Shown here: positions 13,518 through 23,021 of the stretch, one piece after another
How the letters are laid out: each line of letters begins with the position of its first letter
Position numbering within the stretch: the stretch's first letter is position 1
Source of the DNA: an uncultured delta proteobacterium
Lineage (GTDB): Bacteria > Desulfobacterota > Binatia > Binatales > Binataceae
Direction of reading: 5' to 3'
DNA length: 64,000 bases
Assembly (NCBI GenBank): GCA_963842085.1
Contig: CAWJET010000001.1
Coordinates: 1,536,001 to 1,600,000 of the forward strand
Position numbers and translations under genes: made by a program
Notes under the pieces: model-generated
Told to the model about the DNA's origin: nothing
Databases searched by the model: none
The model's input: only the letters and a program-made list of their open reading frames with translations

Positions 13518-14804
13518 CTATTTCGCATTGTCCAGTGCCCGATCGAGATCGGCGGTGATGTCGTCCGCGTGCTCGATTCCAATACTGAGTCTGATCATTT
13601 CCGGGGTGACCCCCGCCTTGCGCTGCTCCTCGGCGGACATCTGCCGGTGTGTCGTCGAGGCCGGGTGACACGCCAGTGATTTTGCATCGCCCAGATTGAC
13701 CAACCGCTTGATCAGCTTCAGCGCGTTGTAAAATTCAGCCGCGGCTCTGTATCCGCCTCGAATTCCGAAGGTCATCAGGGAGCAAGCCCGGCCGCCAAGA
13801 TATTTCCGGGCAAGCGGGTTATATGGATTATCCTCGAAGCCGACGTAGTTGACCCACTCGACCCGCTCGTGGTCGCGCAGGAACTCAGCCACGCGCCGTC
13901 CATTTTCGACGTGGCGATCGATTCGCAGCGCGACGGTCTCGATTCCCTGGAGCAACAGAAAAGCGCTCAGCGGCGACAGAACGGAGCCCATGGTCCGCTG
14001 ATACACGGTTCGACAGCGCGCGATGTAAGCGGCCGAACCAAAATGGTCGGTATACACTAAACCTTGGTAGGACGCGTCCGGTAGGTTGAACATCGGGAAG
14101 CGACTGGCGTGCTTTTGCCACGGGAACTTGCCGCTGTCGACGATGATCCCGCCCATCGTCGTTCCGTGACCTCCCATGAATTTCGTCAGGGAGTGGATGA
14201 CGATATCGGCGCCGTAGTCGAACGGGCGTAGCAGAATGGGCGTGGCGACCGTGTTGTCGACGATCAATGGAAAACCATGCTTGTGAGCGACGTTTGCCAG
14301 CGCTTCGAGGTCACAAATGTTCCCGGCGGGGTTTCCTACGCTCTCGCAGAAGAACGCTCGGGTATCCTCATTTACCAGCTGCTCCATCGCGTCTGGATGA
14401 TCGCTCTCGGCAAAGCGAACGCTGATCCCCAGCTGGGGCAGGACGTGTGCAAAGAGGGTATGGGTCGTTCCGTAAAGTTGCGGAACAGAGACGATGTTTT
14501 TGCCGCTTCCCGTTACGTTCAGAACGGAATAGTGCAGGGCCGCCTGCCCGCTGCTTACGCTGAGCGCTCCAACTCCGCCTTCGAGTGCGGCGACCCGCCG
14601 CTCGAGCACGTCATTGGTGGGATTGCTGATTCGTGAGTAGCGGTGTCCTTCGACTTCGAGGTTGAACAGGGCCGCGCCGTGCTCGGCACTGTCGAAAGCG
14701 TACGCTACGGTCTGATAGATGGGCACGGCGACCGCCCGCGTGGTGGGATCGACTTCATATCCGCCGTGGATAGCTATGGTTTCGTTTCGCACCCTGGCCA
14801 GCAT
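13518..14804 (-). CDS. metY: O-acetylhomoserine sulfhydrylase / aminocarboxypropyltransferase
   Basis: AVPIYQTVAY, YSRISNPT, DNTVATP, HSLTKF (PLP lysine), NLGDAKSLACHPASTTHRQ. Confidence 0.93.
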   Translation of the reverse strand: MLARVRNETIAIHGGYEVDPTTRAVAVPIYQTVAYAFDSAEHGAALFNLEVEGHRYSRISNPTNDVLERRVAALEGGVGALSVSSGQAALHYSVLNVTGSGKNIVSVPQLYGTTHTLFAHVLPQLGISVRFAESDHPDAMEQLVNEDTRAFFCESVGNPAGNICDLEALANVAHKHGFPLIVDNTVATPILLRPFDYGADIVIHSLTKFMGGHGTTMGGIIVDSGKFPWQKHASRFPMFNLPDASYQGLVYTDHFGSAAYIARCRTVYQRTMGSVLSPLSAFLLLQGIETVALRIDRHVENGRRVAEFLRDHERVEWVNYVGFEDNPYNPLARKYLGGRACSLMTFGIRGGYRAAAEFYNALKLIKRLVNLGDAKSLACHPASTTHRQMSAEEQRKAGVTPEMIRLSIGIEHADDITADLDRALDNAK

Positions 14805-15048
14805 AGTGCCGCTTCAATCGTATCTCCATTGTCGGCCAGGAATTGGGCATGTTTCCGTCAAGAATATCGGTTCTTGCTGCGATGCAAACTAAATTGCACC
14901 CCGTGGCGGCGCTTTCACTTCTTGGCAGTAGGCGGATTTGATTTTCAAGGCATGAGCCGACTAAGCTCAAGAGTCGTGACGGTTCGGTTATTTCGTATAT
15001 CGATGTTTGGGACCTTCTTCATTTCTTCGCGTCGTGGAGTCTGAATCA

Positions 15049-15222
15049 TTGAAAATCTTTGGAATCATTCTTTTGGTGCTTGGAATTTTGGCCTGCCTTT
15101 TCGCTATTACCGTAGGAGCCCAGGCAGCCAAGGGTGATTACGTAGGCTTGGGAGCCATCGCAATTGCGATTGCGGCAGTTGGGATCGTCGGCGCAGCGGC
15201 GGCCATCATGAGAAATTCCTGA
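15049..15222 (+). CDS. Small two-TM membrane protein
   Basis: TTG start after GGAG; two hydrophobic stretches. Confidence 0.45.
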   Translation: MKIFGIILLVLGILACLFAITVGAQAAKGDYVGLGAIAIAIAAVGIVGAAAAIMRNS

Positions 15223-15281
15223 CTTCATTCAGAACCGCCCACCACCCACGTCTTGGGCGAGGGCAGGCTCGTAGAGGCACT

Positions 15282-15300
15282 CCAGCCGCGAAGCGGCTGG
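15282..15300. terminator. GC-rich hairpin
   Basis: CCAGCCGC-GAA-GCGGCTGG perfect stem; no U-tract. Confidence 0.35.
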
Positions 15301-15325
15301 CACCCAGCGTTACCGCTACATCATA

Positions 15326-15349
15326 ATATGTGTCCCGATATGTGTCCCG
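15326..15349. repeat. 12-bp tandem direct repeat
   Basis: ATATGTGTCCCG x2. Confidence 0.75.
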
Positions 15350-15905
15350 CCGGCCGGCCCGGACGGGTTCGTTCACCCTGAGCTGCAGCCCCGGCTCTAC
15401 GATCCGGCTTTGAGTGCAACGGGCTTTCCCATGGCCCCGAGCGATGTCGGAAGCGCCTGAAGGTCCGGGACCAATACAATAACGCGCGCAACCAGGCGGC
15501 GGGTTCCGTGGCCCGCCGCTTTCATTTTGACGATTACCTGGTCGTCGATGAATGTCTTCGAATTACTAGTCCGCGATGGGTCGCACGAGAGTGCCTTGGC
15601 AACTACATTCCAACCGGCATTTATAGCAACGTCGTCGAGCAGCCAGTCGGCCCTCGGCAAGACCATCCGGACCCGGCCGGAACCGTAAGGCCCGTGGCCA
15701 TCGGCGAACTCGCTCGTGAAAAAGGTTCGGCTCTATCGCGCCTGGTGCATACGCGAGTCAGCACGTAAGCCACCGCGCCGCAGAAAACCGCCCGGGAAGA
15801 ATCGCCTCGCTTTGCCTCGCGACCACTTGCTTTAAGATCGAACGGCGCAATAGATTTCCATCGGTCGCGTCACATATTTTTCTGGCGCGCGGAGGTTTTC
15901 TTTCC

Positions 15906-16193
15906 ATGGATCGCGACGTATGGAACAGCCACAGATGGTCCAGCGCTAAAGGGCGTCGCACAGAAATCGAGCCCGGCGAACCGCTCATTCAATATCACTG
16001 TTCCCGATGCAGGCGTGATTTCGTCGAAGACCAGCCGTCCGGCCAACGATACGCCGTCTACGTTTCGGAGTTCAGGTTTCGGAGACTTCCTGATCCGATA
16101 ACCAAACGGTGGCTCGAGGAGTTGTGCCCCGGCGCACCACTACCCTATGACATCGAAGTCCGAAGCAAGTTGATTGACAGTCGCATCAAATAA
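15906..16193 (+). CDS. Hypothetical protein with CxxC
   Basis: 95 aa ORF with YHCSRCRRDF; plausible composition. Confidence 0.55.
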   Translation: MDRDVWNSHRWSSAKGRRTEIEPGEPLIQYHCSRCRRDFVEDQPSGQRYAVYVSEFRFRRLPDPITKRWLEELCPGAPLPYDIEVRSKLIDSRIK

Positions 16194-16506
16194 ATCGCGC
16201 CGATGAAGTCGCGCACATGAAGATCCGCGACGCCGCCGCGCTCGCGCTTATGGGCTGGCGGTCCGGGCGCCGTCGCAACATGATCAGGCCTCGACATTTG
16301 CAAAGTGACTTGGCCTGGACGAGATCGATCGTGATCGGCTAAACGCTCGCGGCAGCTGTCATGATGAGAACGAAGACACGCCGATGAAAAAGCGGTTGGG
16401 GATAAATCTGACAGCTATATTTGCATGGGTTGATAAGCAAGCCTATGGTTGAGCGTTCGCAGCCGGCGCGGGTCATTGGCCGATTGCGCCAAGGAGTGGA
16501 TGGGTG

Positions 16507-16977
16507 ATGGCGCTGCTCACGAGGGAACCGGAAAAGAATTCGAAAATTCAACTTGCCACGGCGACTCCCGGGCCTGCTCCGTCCGAGGCAAGCGCGTATC
16601 TCAATTACGGATCGAAAATCACCGGCAAAATCTCCTTCGCGGGTTCCGCACGGATCGACGGTGAGGTCGACGGCGAGATCAATGCGGAGGAAAGCCTCAC
16701 GATTGGCGAGTCCGCCGTGGTGACGGCCCAGATTCGCGCCGCTTCGGTGTGGGTCGCGGGCAAGGTCAGCGGCGACATCGTTGCGACCCGGCGAATCGAA
16801 ATCCTCCCGTCGGCGAAGGTTAGCGGGAGCGTCACGGCTCCCTTGCTTTCGGTCCGGGACGGCGCGCTGTTCGAGGGGCGATGCTCGACGAAGAAACCCG
16901 AGAGCATCCGCGAAGACCGCAAACTAATGGTATTAGCCACGGAGGACCGCTTGGCGCAGACCGCCGAAGGACAGTAG
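16507..16977 (+). CDS. Bactofilin (polymer-forming cytoskeletal protein)
   Basis: KITGKISFAGSARIDGEVDGEI..IGESAVVTAQI..GKVSGDI..GALFEGRC; RBS AAGGAG. Confidence 0.92.
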   Translation: MALLTREPEKNSKIQLATATPGPAPSEASAYLNYGSKITGKISFAGSARIDGEVDGEINAEESLTIGESAVVTAQIRAASVWVAGKVSGDIVATRRIEILPSAKVSGSVTAPLLSVRDGALFEGRCSTKKPESIREDRKLMVLATEDRLAQTAEGQ

Positions 16978-17103
16978 CAGGCCTGAATTGCCCAGGCAGG
17001 TTCAGATAGTCCGCGTGTTCCCCGTCAGCACAAGTTGGACAATTCGAGGCGATTGAGGAAGAGAGGGTTTTTGGCTCATCTTTAACCGCGGAAGGAGCGG
17101 TAG

Positions 17104-17478
17104 ATGAGATCGAAAATCGATGCGCAGTCGGATGGGGCGGAAAAGGCGGTACGCGACATAAGGCGGGCGACCCGCCGGCACTTCTCGGCTGAGGACAAGG
17201 TCCGGATCGTGATCGCCGGCCTGCGCGGCGAGGATAGCGTGGCCGAGTTGTGCCGCAAGGAAGGGATCAACCAGAACCTCTACTATCGCTGGTCCAAGGA
17301 CTTCCTGGAGGCGGGCAAGAGGCGGCTGGCCGGCGATACCGCGCGTGAAGCGACCAGCGATGAAGTCAAGGAGCTGCGGGCGGAGAGCCATCAGCTCAAG
17401 GAACTGCTGGCCGAACTGATGATGGAGAACCGCCTGCTCAAAAAAAGCGTGCTGGCGGATGGGGAGTCCGATATATGA
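17104..17478 (+). CDS. IS3 transposase OrfA (HTH)
   Basis: RRHFSAEDKVRIV..VAELCRKEGI..YYRWSKDF; LLKK at the frameshift site. Confidence 0.9.
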   Translation: MRSKIDAQSDGAEKAVRDIRRATRRHFSAEDKVRIVIAGLRGEDSVAELCRKEGINQNLYYRWSKDFLEAGKRRLAGDTAREATSDEVKELRAESHQLKELLAELMMENRLLKKSVLADGESDI

Positions 17479-18488
17479 GGTACGCGGCCGCCGAGAAGCT
17501 GGAGATCATCCGGCTGGTCGAGCAGTCGTCGCTGCCGGTGCGGCGCACCCTGGAGCAGATCGGCATCCCACGGTCCACCTTCTATTGCTGGTACGATCGC
17601 TATCGAACTCGCGATGATGAAGGGCTGGAGGATCGCACGCCGGCGCCGCGGCGGGTGTGGAACAAGCTCCCAGCTGCAGTTACTCAGGCCGTGCTCGAGC
17701 TTGCGCTCAAAGAACCGCAGCTATCGCCGCGGGAGTTGGCGGTCTCGTTCGTCGACCAGCAGCAGTACTTCGTCTCGGAAGCCTCAGTTTATCGGCTGCT
17801 GAAGGCGCACGACCTGATCACCAGCCCGGCCTTCATCTTGATGAAGGCAGCCGACAGCTTCGCCCATCCAACCACCGCACCCAATCAACTCTGGCAGACC
17901 GACTTTACCTACCTGCGGGTGATCGGCTGGGGCTGGTTCTATCTGTCGACTGTCCTTGATGACTTCTCGCGCTATATCCTGGCCTGGAAGCTGTGTACCA
18001 CCATGACTGCCACCGATGTCTCCGACACCCTCGCGATGGCGCTGCGCAACTCCGGGTTGGAGCGCGTCCGCGTCCGGCACCGGCCGCGCCTGCTGAGCGA
18101 CAACGGACCGTCGTACGTGTCGGCCCAGCTTGGCTCCTGGCTCGCGGAGCATGGCATGATGCATACCCGCGGCAAGCCCTATCACCCGATGACCCAGGGT
18201 AAGATCGAACGTTACCATCGTTCGATGAAGAACCAGATCCTGCTCGAGAACTACTACCTGCCCGGTCAGCTCGAAGCGCGCCTGGCCGAGTTCGTCGACT
18301 ACTACAACTCGCGCCGCTACCACGAAAGTCTCAACAACCTGACCCCGGCCGACGTCTACTTCGGCCGAGGTCCCGCGATTCTGTCACGGAGGAAAAATGC
18401 CAAACTGAAAACCATCGAAGCCAGACGCCGGCTGCATCATTCGTTCGCAGCCAAAGGTTCAACTCAGATGGACCAGATCCTCTCTTAA
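17475..18488 (+). CDS. IS3 transposase OrfB (DDE)
   Basis: WQTDFTY, LDDFSRY, SDNGPSY, GKIERYHR, YNSRRYHESL. Confidence 0.92.
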   Translation: MRYAAAEKLEIIRLVEQSSLPVRRTLEQIGIPRSTFYCWYDRYRTRDDEGLEDRTPAPRRVWNKLPAAVTQAVLELALKEPQLSPRELAVSFVDQQQYFVSEASVYRLLKAHDLITSPAFILMKAADSFAHPTTAPNQLWQTDFTYLRVIGWGWFYLSTVLDDFSRYILAWKLCTTMTATDVSDTLAMALRNSGLERVRVRHRPRLLSDNGPSYVSAQLGSWLAEHGMMHTRGKPYHPMTQGKIERYHRSMKNQILLENYYLPGQLEARLAEFVDYYNSRRYHESLNNLTPADVYFGRGPAILSRRKNAKLKTIEARRRLHHSFAAKGSTQMDQILS

Positions 18489-18528
18489 TTCCTGTGCCAA
18501 CTTGTCCAATAGGTTCTGACGACGTACA

Positions 18529-18759
18529 CTTCTCGGCGAAAAAATTTTCTAGAGCGCCATGGGGATCCAAGCTGGCTAGTATACCAGCGCGAAAATGCTC
18601 AAAATCGGCGGGGTCCTCGCCCGGCAAAACCACGTCGAGCGCCGTAAACCCGTGTTTCGTTGCATTCATCGATACTCTTGTCTTTCCGGCAGGGGTGCGC
18701 GGGCCTGTGCTCCGTTGAGCATTGAGTCGGTTGGCTGCGACCTGGTGGTCACTGCTCAT
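18529..18759 (-). pseudogene. Conserved hypothetical protein (ANRxNAxxSTGP family) truncated by the IS
   Basis: AANRLNAQRSTGPRTPAGK..NATKHG; the frame runs into the IS end at 18528. Confidence 0.75.
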
Positions 18760-18799
18760 GTCTCATTCTCCCAAATGTTGGTCCTCGCTCTCGCAGCAG

Positions 18800-19057
18800 T
18801 CAGTCCTTGATGTTTTTTGCAGAACTCTCTTCGCGTTCGTAGGCTTCAAGCAGTTCACGCGCATATCGTATTGAGATTAGAGGATACGGATTGCCGCAGT
18901 CAGGGCAGGGCAGCGCCGGATCAGTCCAGCTCTGGTCTTGGCTACAGAGTCGCAGCTCTATTATCTTTGCCGCAGTTCGATTGCAGCCGTCACATTCCCC
19001 GTCATCAGTTCGCTGCTCAAGGCGTTCGATTCGCGATTCGAGTTTTTTCAACGACAT
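18800..19057 (-). CDS. Small hypothetical protein, mobile-element type
   Basis: LKKLESRIERLE coiled coil, CxxC pairs; RBS AAGGAG. Confidence 0.6.
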   Translation of the reverse strand: MSLKKLESRIERLEQRTDDGECDGCNRTAAKIIELRLCSQDQSWTDPALPCPDCGNPYPLISIRYARELLEAYEREESSAKNIKD

Positions 19058-19122
19058 GTAGAAATCTCCTTCAATTGTGATCCTCTTTAGCCCAACGCGG
19101 GCAAATTGCCGTCTGCCTGTTC

Positions 19123-19347
19123 CTACCTGCGCCGCTCGAGCGCGCCAATTCGGCTCTCGAGATCGCTGATTTTTGCAGAAGTTGTTGCAAGGTTCACAAT
19201 GGCCAACGCAGCGCGGATCCTTGTCGAGTGGGGGCCTTCGAACAAGCCGGCGTGCAGAGTAGCAACCGCGTGGAGTGCAGCAGCCTGAAGCCTCGCCGCG
19301 ACCTCATCGAAATTCACGGAGTTGTGTCGTCGCCTTTGAATTCCCAT
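19123..19347 (-). pseudogene. Phage/integrative-element hypothetical protein, 5' part probably frameshifted
   Basis: RLQAAALHAVATL..RIRAALAI..DLESRIGALE pattern typical of small integrative elements. Confidence 0.45.
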
Positions 19348-19522
19348 TTCGTTGCGATCTTGCTCGCCGACGCGGTCGCCAATGCGTACCTTCTCGTCCG
19401 GATCTTCCGTTTCTCATCGATGGAAGAATCCGTGTAGTCATCGCGCTCAACTCCGCGGCTGCCACAACGAGACTATAAAAGACGTTGACCTTGGTCGTCA
19501 ACATAAGTAGGAATGAGTTGGA

Positions 19523-20356
19523 ATGATAGCAGCGCTAGACTTCAGAGGCCGTCTGCCCTTCGACTCCATCCAGGTGCCCTCGGTGCGCCGGAAAGGAGCC
19601 TATCTTTACTTCCGTCCACAGGGGCCGCTTCACCCTGCGACCGGACAGAAGGATCGACTGGTCTTCGATTTCGCAAATCTGGCCGATGCTTCGAACGACG
19701 CCTTCCTCGAATTTGCGCTTAAGTGGGGAGTGCTGGGAGTTTGTCGGCATAAACTTCCGGTGTCCCACCAAGTGCCGGCTTGCTTGCCGCGCTGCGTGGC
19801 CGGCGAATTCGTAGAGCCAATCGCCTACTGGCGTGGTCGAGCCCGTTACGTACGCGCGATCTTGAATGTTAAGGCGAGCCTCACGCAAGACGAGCTGGGA
19901 GCCCGTTCCGATTGGAGGATAATCTGGCCGGCTAACCCACCGGCCGATAGAACCGACGCGACCAGATCGCTCGCGATCGTAGCCAGCAATTTTCTGAGCC
20001 AGGTGAATGTTCAGTTGGGTCTCTTCGACATCGACAACCGGCTCACCATCCAATTCATAAGTGGCAACTTCTTCGATCTGCTCAAGGCGATGAGCGCAAA
20101 CGAAGATATCAGTTCTTGGCTGTCAACTTCGGGCAACCTCCTGGCCGAAATAGCCGTGGGCACCGCTCTCGCCCTTCAGGAAGGCCCTGGCTGGACCGTT
20201 TGCTCGGCACCCGAATGTAGACGTCTCTACCGGCCTAAGCGTCACACTCCCGAGGGTCGGCTGCATTTCTGCCCGGATTGCGGCAAGCGCGCCTCGTGGC
20301 GACTATCCAAGCGGCGCCAGGCCCGGGAGGCGAAAGGACCGCAGCCGACCGATTAG
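19523..20356 (+). CDS. Hypothetical protein with C-terminal CGNR-like zinc finger
   Basis: CSAPECRRLY..FCPDCGKRASWRLSKRR. Confidence 0.7.
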   Translation: MIAALDFRGRLPFDSIQVPSVRRKGAYLYFRPQGPLHPATGQKDRLVFDFANLADASNDAFLEFALKWGVLGVCRHKLPVSHQVPACLPRCVAGEFVEPIAYWRGRARYVRAILNVKASLTQDELGARSDWRIIWPANPPADRTDATRSLAIVASNFLSQVNVQLGLFDIDNRLTIQFISGNFFDLLKAMSANEDISSWLSTSGNLLAEIAVGTALALQEGPGWTVCSAPECRRLYRPKRHTPEGRLHFCPDCGKRASWRLSKRRQAREAKGPQPTD

Positions 20357-20900
20357 CGAGCCTAAATGGATTCGTGCTTTTGTCGACCGCCCCGCCGTCA
20401 ACCGGCGGACGAAACAAAAATCCTCCGCAATCAAGTTTCACGCAGCGTTGAAACCGATCGAAGATTTCAACTCGGCTGCATATCCGGCCGGCGATCCGAA
20501 TGGCCTTCCTCGAGTGCCGCTTCTGAGAAGGGGGCCTCGCGCCCGAGTGCTCGCGCCAAGGCCTCGGGGGCAGAACCGGGTCGACGCAAGAGAGTCCGCG
20601 AAACGTGGCTGACCGGACCCTGAAGACGCGGACCGATTTGCTACGCGTATAACGGATCAACGACTTCAACTCATCCTGATCTTGCGATCTTCGTCATCAT
20701 GAATCGTGGCTGGAAAACGCCTGCTTTCGACACAGGTCTCCTCCTTTTCGTCGCCGATGAACCGCCACCGCCACCAAGGCGGCCGCCAGCGAAAGTGCGC
20801 CATCTCGAGCAGGCCCATTCCGTTGGCCCAAGGAGCACCTGCGCGGTCGATTCACGATGACGCGCTCCAAGATCAGACCTTGCAAGCCCGCTTCGACTCA

Positions 20901-21095
20901 GGTTCGAAGGTCGCGTTAGCAGACCGTTTGGCCTTGATGGGAGTTTGAATCAGAATTCGAAATGTAAATTCCGGTCTAATCGAGACGCGCGACAAGCAAG
21001 AGGAGCGACATGGCTCGTATCCATGCAAACGGGATTGATATCGAGTACGAAGTATTTGGCCCGAAAACTGGCACGCCAGTCGTTTCTGATTATGG
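20901..21095 (+). repeat. Diverged direct repeat A: promoter region plus 5' fragment of an alpha/beta-hydrolase gene
   Basis: ATG at 21010: MARIHANGIDIEYEVFGPKTGTPV; aligns with 22708-22950. Confidence 0.85.
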
Positions 21096-22520
21096 TAGTC
21101 GGCGCCGCTCTTCCAGCACGCCGAGTTCGCGCCACATCCAGCTGAAATCGTAGGGCGGCGTTCCGTCCTTCCTGGCGCGGCGGGCCTCGCCGTTCTCGAG
21201 TTGTTTGAGCCAGTCGATCACCTTCTGACGCCCCTCCGGAGTGCGAACCGCATCACGCGGCCGGAGGTTACCCAGCGTGGGGAGCGCTTCGTCGATTACC
21301 CGGCGGTAATGGCGATCGAGAAGCTCGCTCATGACACGCGCGACCTCCTCAGGTGGAAGTTTGGGCGCGGGCTGCGCAGCCGGCGGACGCTTGCGGGCGC
21401 GATGCTCTTCGAGCGCGCTCTGCACGCTCTGGGTCTCCGTTATCGGCGTTGCAACTAACCCGCCCAGAAGCTTCGTTGCCATCTGTTTGCCGCGTTCGGC
21501 CCGCGCGGCTGAATTAACTTCGAGTACCAGCCACTTGCCCCGCAGTTCCATATGGCCGAGGACTAGCGCGCCGGTCTCATCCCAAGTGGCAAGCGACATG
21601 CCGTCTTCCGGTCTTTTGCCGCCTTGTTTATTGTCCGGACGATGCCAACTCCAGTATTCGCTCTTCGATTTGCGCGCGAGTTCCGGCACCTGGTCGAGAA
21701 GCCGCGCCACCTCCGCCCGGTGTTCTTTGGCAACCGCGAACCTTACCTTCGTGAATACGACCTCCTCGCCGTCGAAGTTGGTCAGAGTCGGCAGGGGCGC
21801 CCTGAGTCGGCGAAGCGTGTGGTCAAGCCATATCAAAGTGAAGACCCGCGCACCGCCCTCCAGCGCGATGTCCCGATCGGCGAGCAACTCGTCGAGTTCG
21901 CGCATCTGTTTTTCGGTCAACGTCGGCAGGCGTTCAGCGATCGAGCGCTTCGCCCTTTCGGGGCTTACTTGAAAGATACGCAACACCGCATCAGCCGGTT
22001 CCTGCTCGAAGTCAAGGACGGCGCCGGAGAGATAGTGGCGACCGCCGATGGTAAGAACTCTCGCTGCGATCCGATCCCATATCGCCGCGCTCTGCGAGCC
22101 AAGCTGTTCGTCAACCTCAACCGGCTCTCCGCCGCGCACCAGGTCGCGCAGCACCAGGCCGCGCTCCGGCTTCACCTCGACCACCTCGTAGAGGCTCATC
22201 AGCGAGCCGCGCAATGCGCGCAGATAGTCGCGGGCTTGGAGCGATTCCTTCCAACCGCGCTGGTCGAGGTAGTCGTCGATAACGTTGTCCCGCTTCGAAG
22301 CAGCCGGGCGGGAACAAAAGTCCTCGAAGGCGCATGCCTCGACCATCTCGTAGTGGAACTCGCCGAGTGCCTCGGCGAGCTCGTCCTCGGTTATGCCGGC
22401 CTTGGCGCACACCGGCTCGAAGTGGGCGGCGATGGCTTGCATACACTCTTCCTTCCAGCGGCCCCGCGCCGCCCAGCGAGCCAGATGCTCCAGCGCTTCA
22501 TCCGTTCCCGGAATCCTCAT
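21090..22520 (-). CDS. Hypothetical protein (SEC-C-associated type; C-terminal MbcA/ParS-like motif)
   Basis: 476 aa; SLYEVVEVKPERGLVLRDL, C-terminal DEALPTLGNLRPRDAVRT..YDFSWMWRELG. Confidence 0.75.
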   Translation of the reverse strand: MRIPGTDEALEHLARWAARGRWKEECMQAIAAHFEPVCAKAGITEDELAEALGEFHYEMVEACAFEDFCSRPAASKRDNVIDDYLDQRGWKESLQARDYLRALRGSLMSLYEVVEVKPERGLVLRDLVRGGEPVEVDEQLGSQSAAIWDRIAARVLTIGGRHYLSGAVLDFEQEPADAVLRIFQVSPERAKRSIAERLPTLTEKQMRELDELLADRDIALEGGARVFTLIWLDHTLRRLRAPLPTLTNFDGEEVVFTKVRFAVAKEHRAEVARLLDQVPELARKSKSEYWSWHRPDNKQGGKRPEDGMSLATWDETGALVLGHMELRGKWLVLEVNSAARAERGKQMATKLLGGLVATPITETQSVQSALEEHRARKRPPAAQPAPKLPPEEVARVMSELLDRHYRRVIDEALPTLGNLRPRDAVRTPEGRQKVIDWLKQLENGEARRARKDGTPPYDFSWMWRELGVLEERRRLP

Positions 22521-22707
22521 CGGCCCACCTCCGAAACCAGCCTGGCTGTGATCTGCCGTACCACCTGTCTTCTATCTGGCTTGATAGTGATTCGCGATCG
22601 CCGACTCGGCAAGACTTCCTGACATGCCAAAGCTTCGGAAATACACAGGTCGAACGTCGCTCTGAAATCATTACCGCAGGCCGTCGTCTGCACGTTTCAC
22701 TCGTGAC

Positions 22708-22950
22708 GGTTTCGAACGTCGCGTTTGCAAACCCTTTGGCGTTGGTGGTGGGAGTCTGAATGAGTATTCAAAATCAAAATTCCGGTTTGGTTGCGACGCA
22801 TCAACGAACCCCGCGACCAGCAGGGGAGAGCGACATGGCTCGCATCCACGCAAACGGGATTGATATCGACTACGAAGAGTTCGGCCCGAAGGCGGGCTCG
22901 CCCGTCCTTCTGATTATGGGACTGGGCGCGCAGCTGACGTGCTGGCCGCT
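22708..22950 (+). repeat. Diverged direct repeat B: promoter region plus 5' fragment of an alpha/beta-hydrolase gene
   Basis: ATG at 22835: MARIHANGIDIDYEEFGPKAGSPVLLIMGLGAQLTCWP, then homology ends; palindrome TGAATGAGTATTCA upstream. Confidence 0.85.
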
Positions 22951-23021
22951 GGAAAAGTCGTGCTCGCGCGCGCGGAAGCTCTTGGAATCCGGCATTGGTA
23001 GCGGATTCATCATTCAGGCAC

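Larger units (their letters stand above)
17016..18528 (+). mobile_element. IS3-family element, apparently intact, with TGT...ACA ends
   Basis: IRs TGTTCCCCGTCAGCACAAGTTGGACAA / TTGTCCAATAGGTTCTGACGACGTACA; orfA and orfB; A7G slippery site at 17440-17447; no TSD visible. Confidence 0.92.

Noticed and set aside
14805-15000. SAM riboswitch upstream of metY (and a cobalamin/SAM riboswitch upstream of metH)
   Set aside because: No recognisable consensus; the metH leader region is under 100 bp
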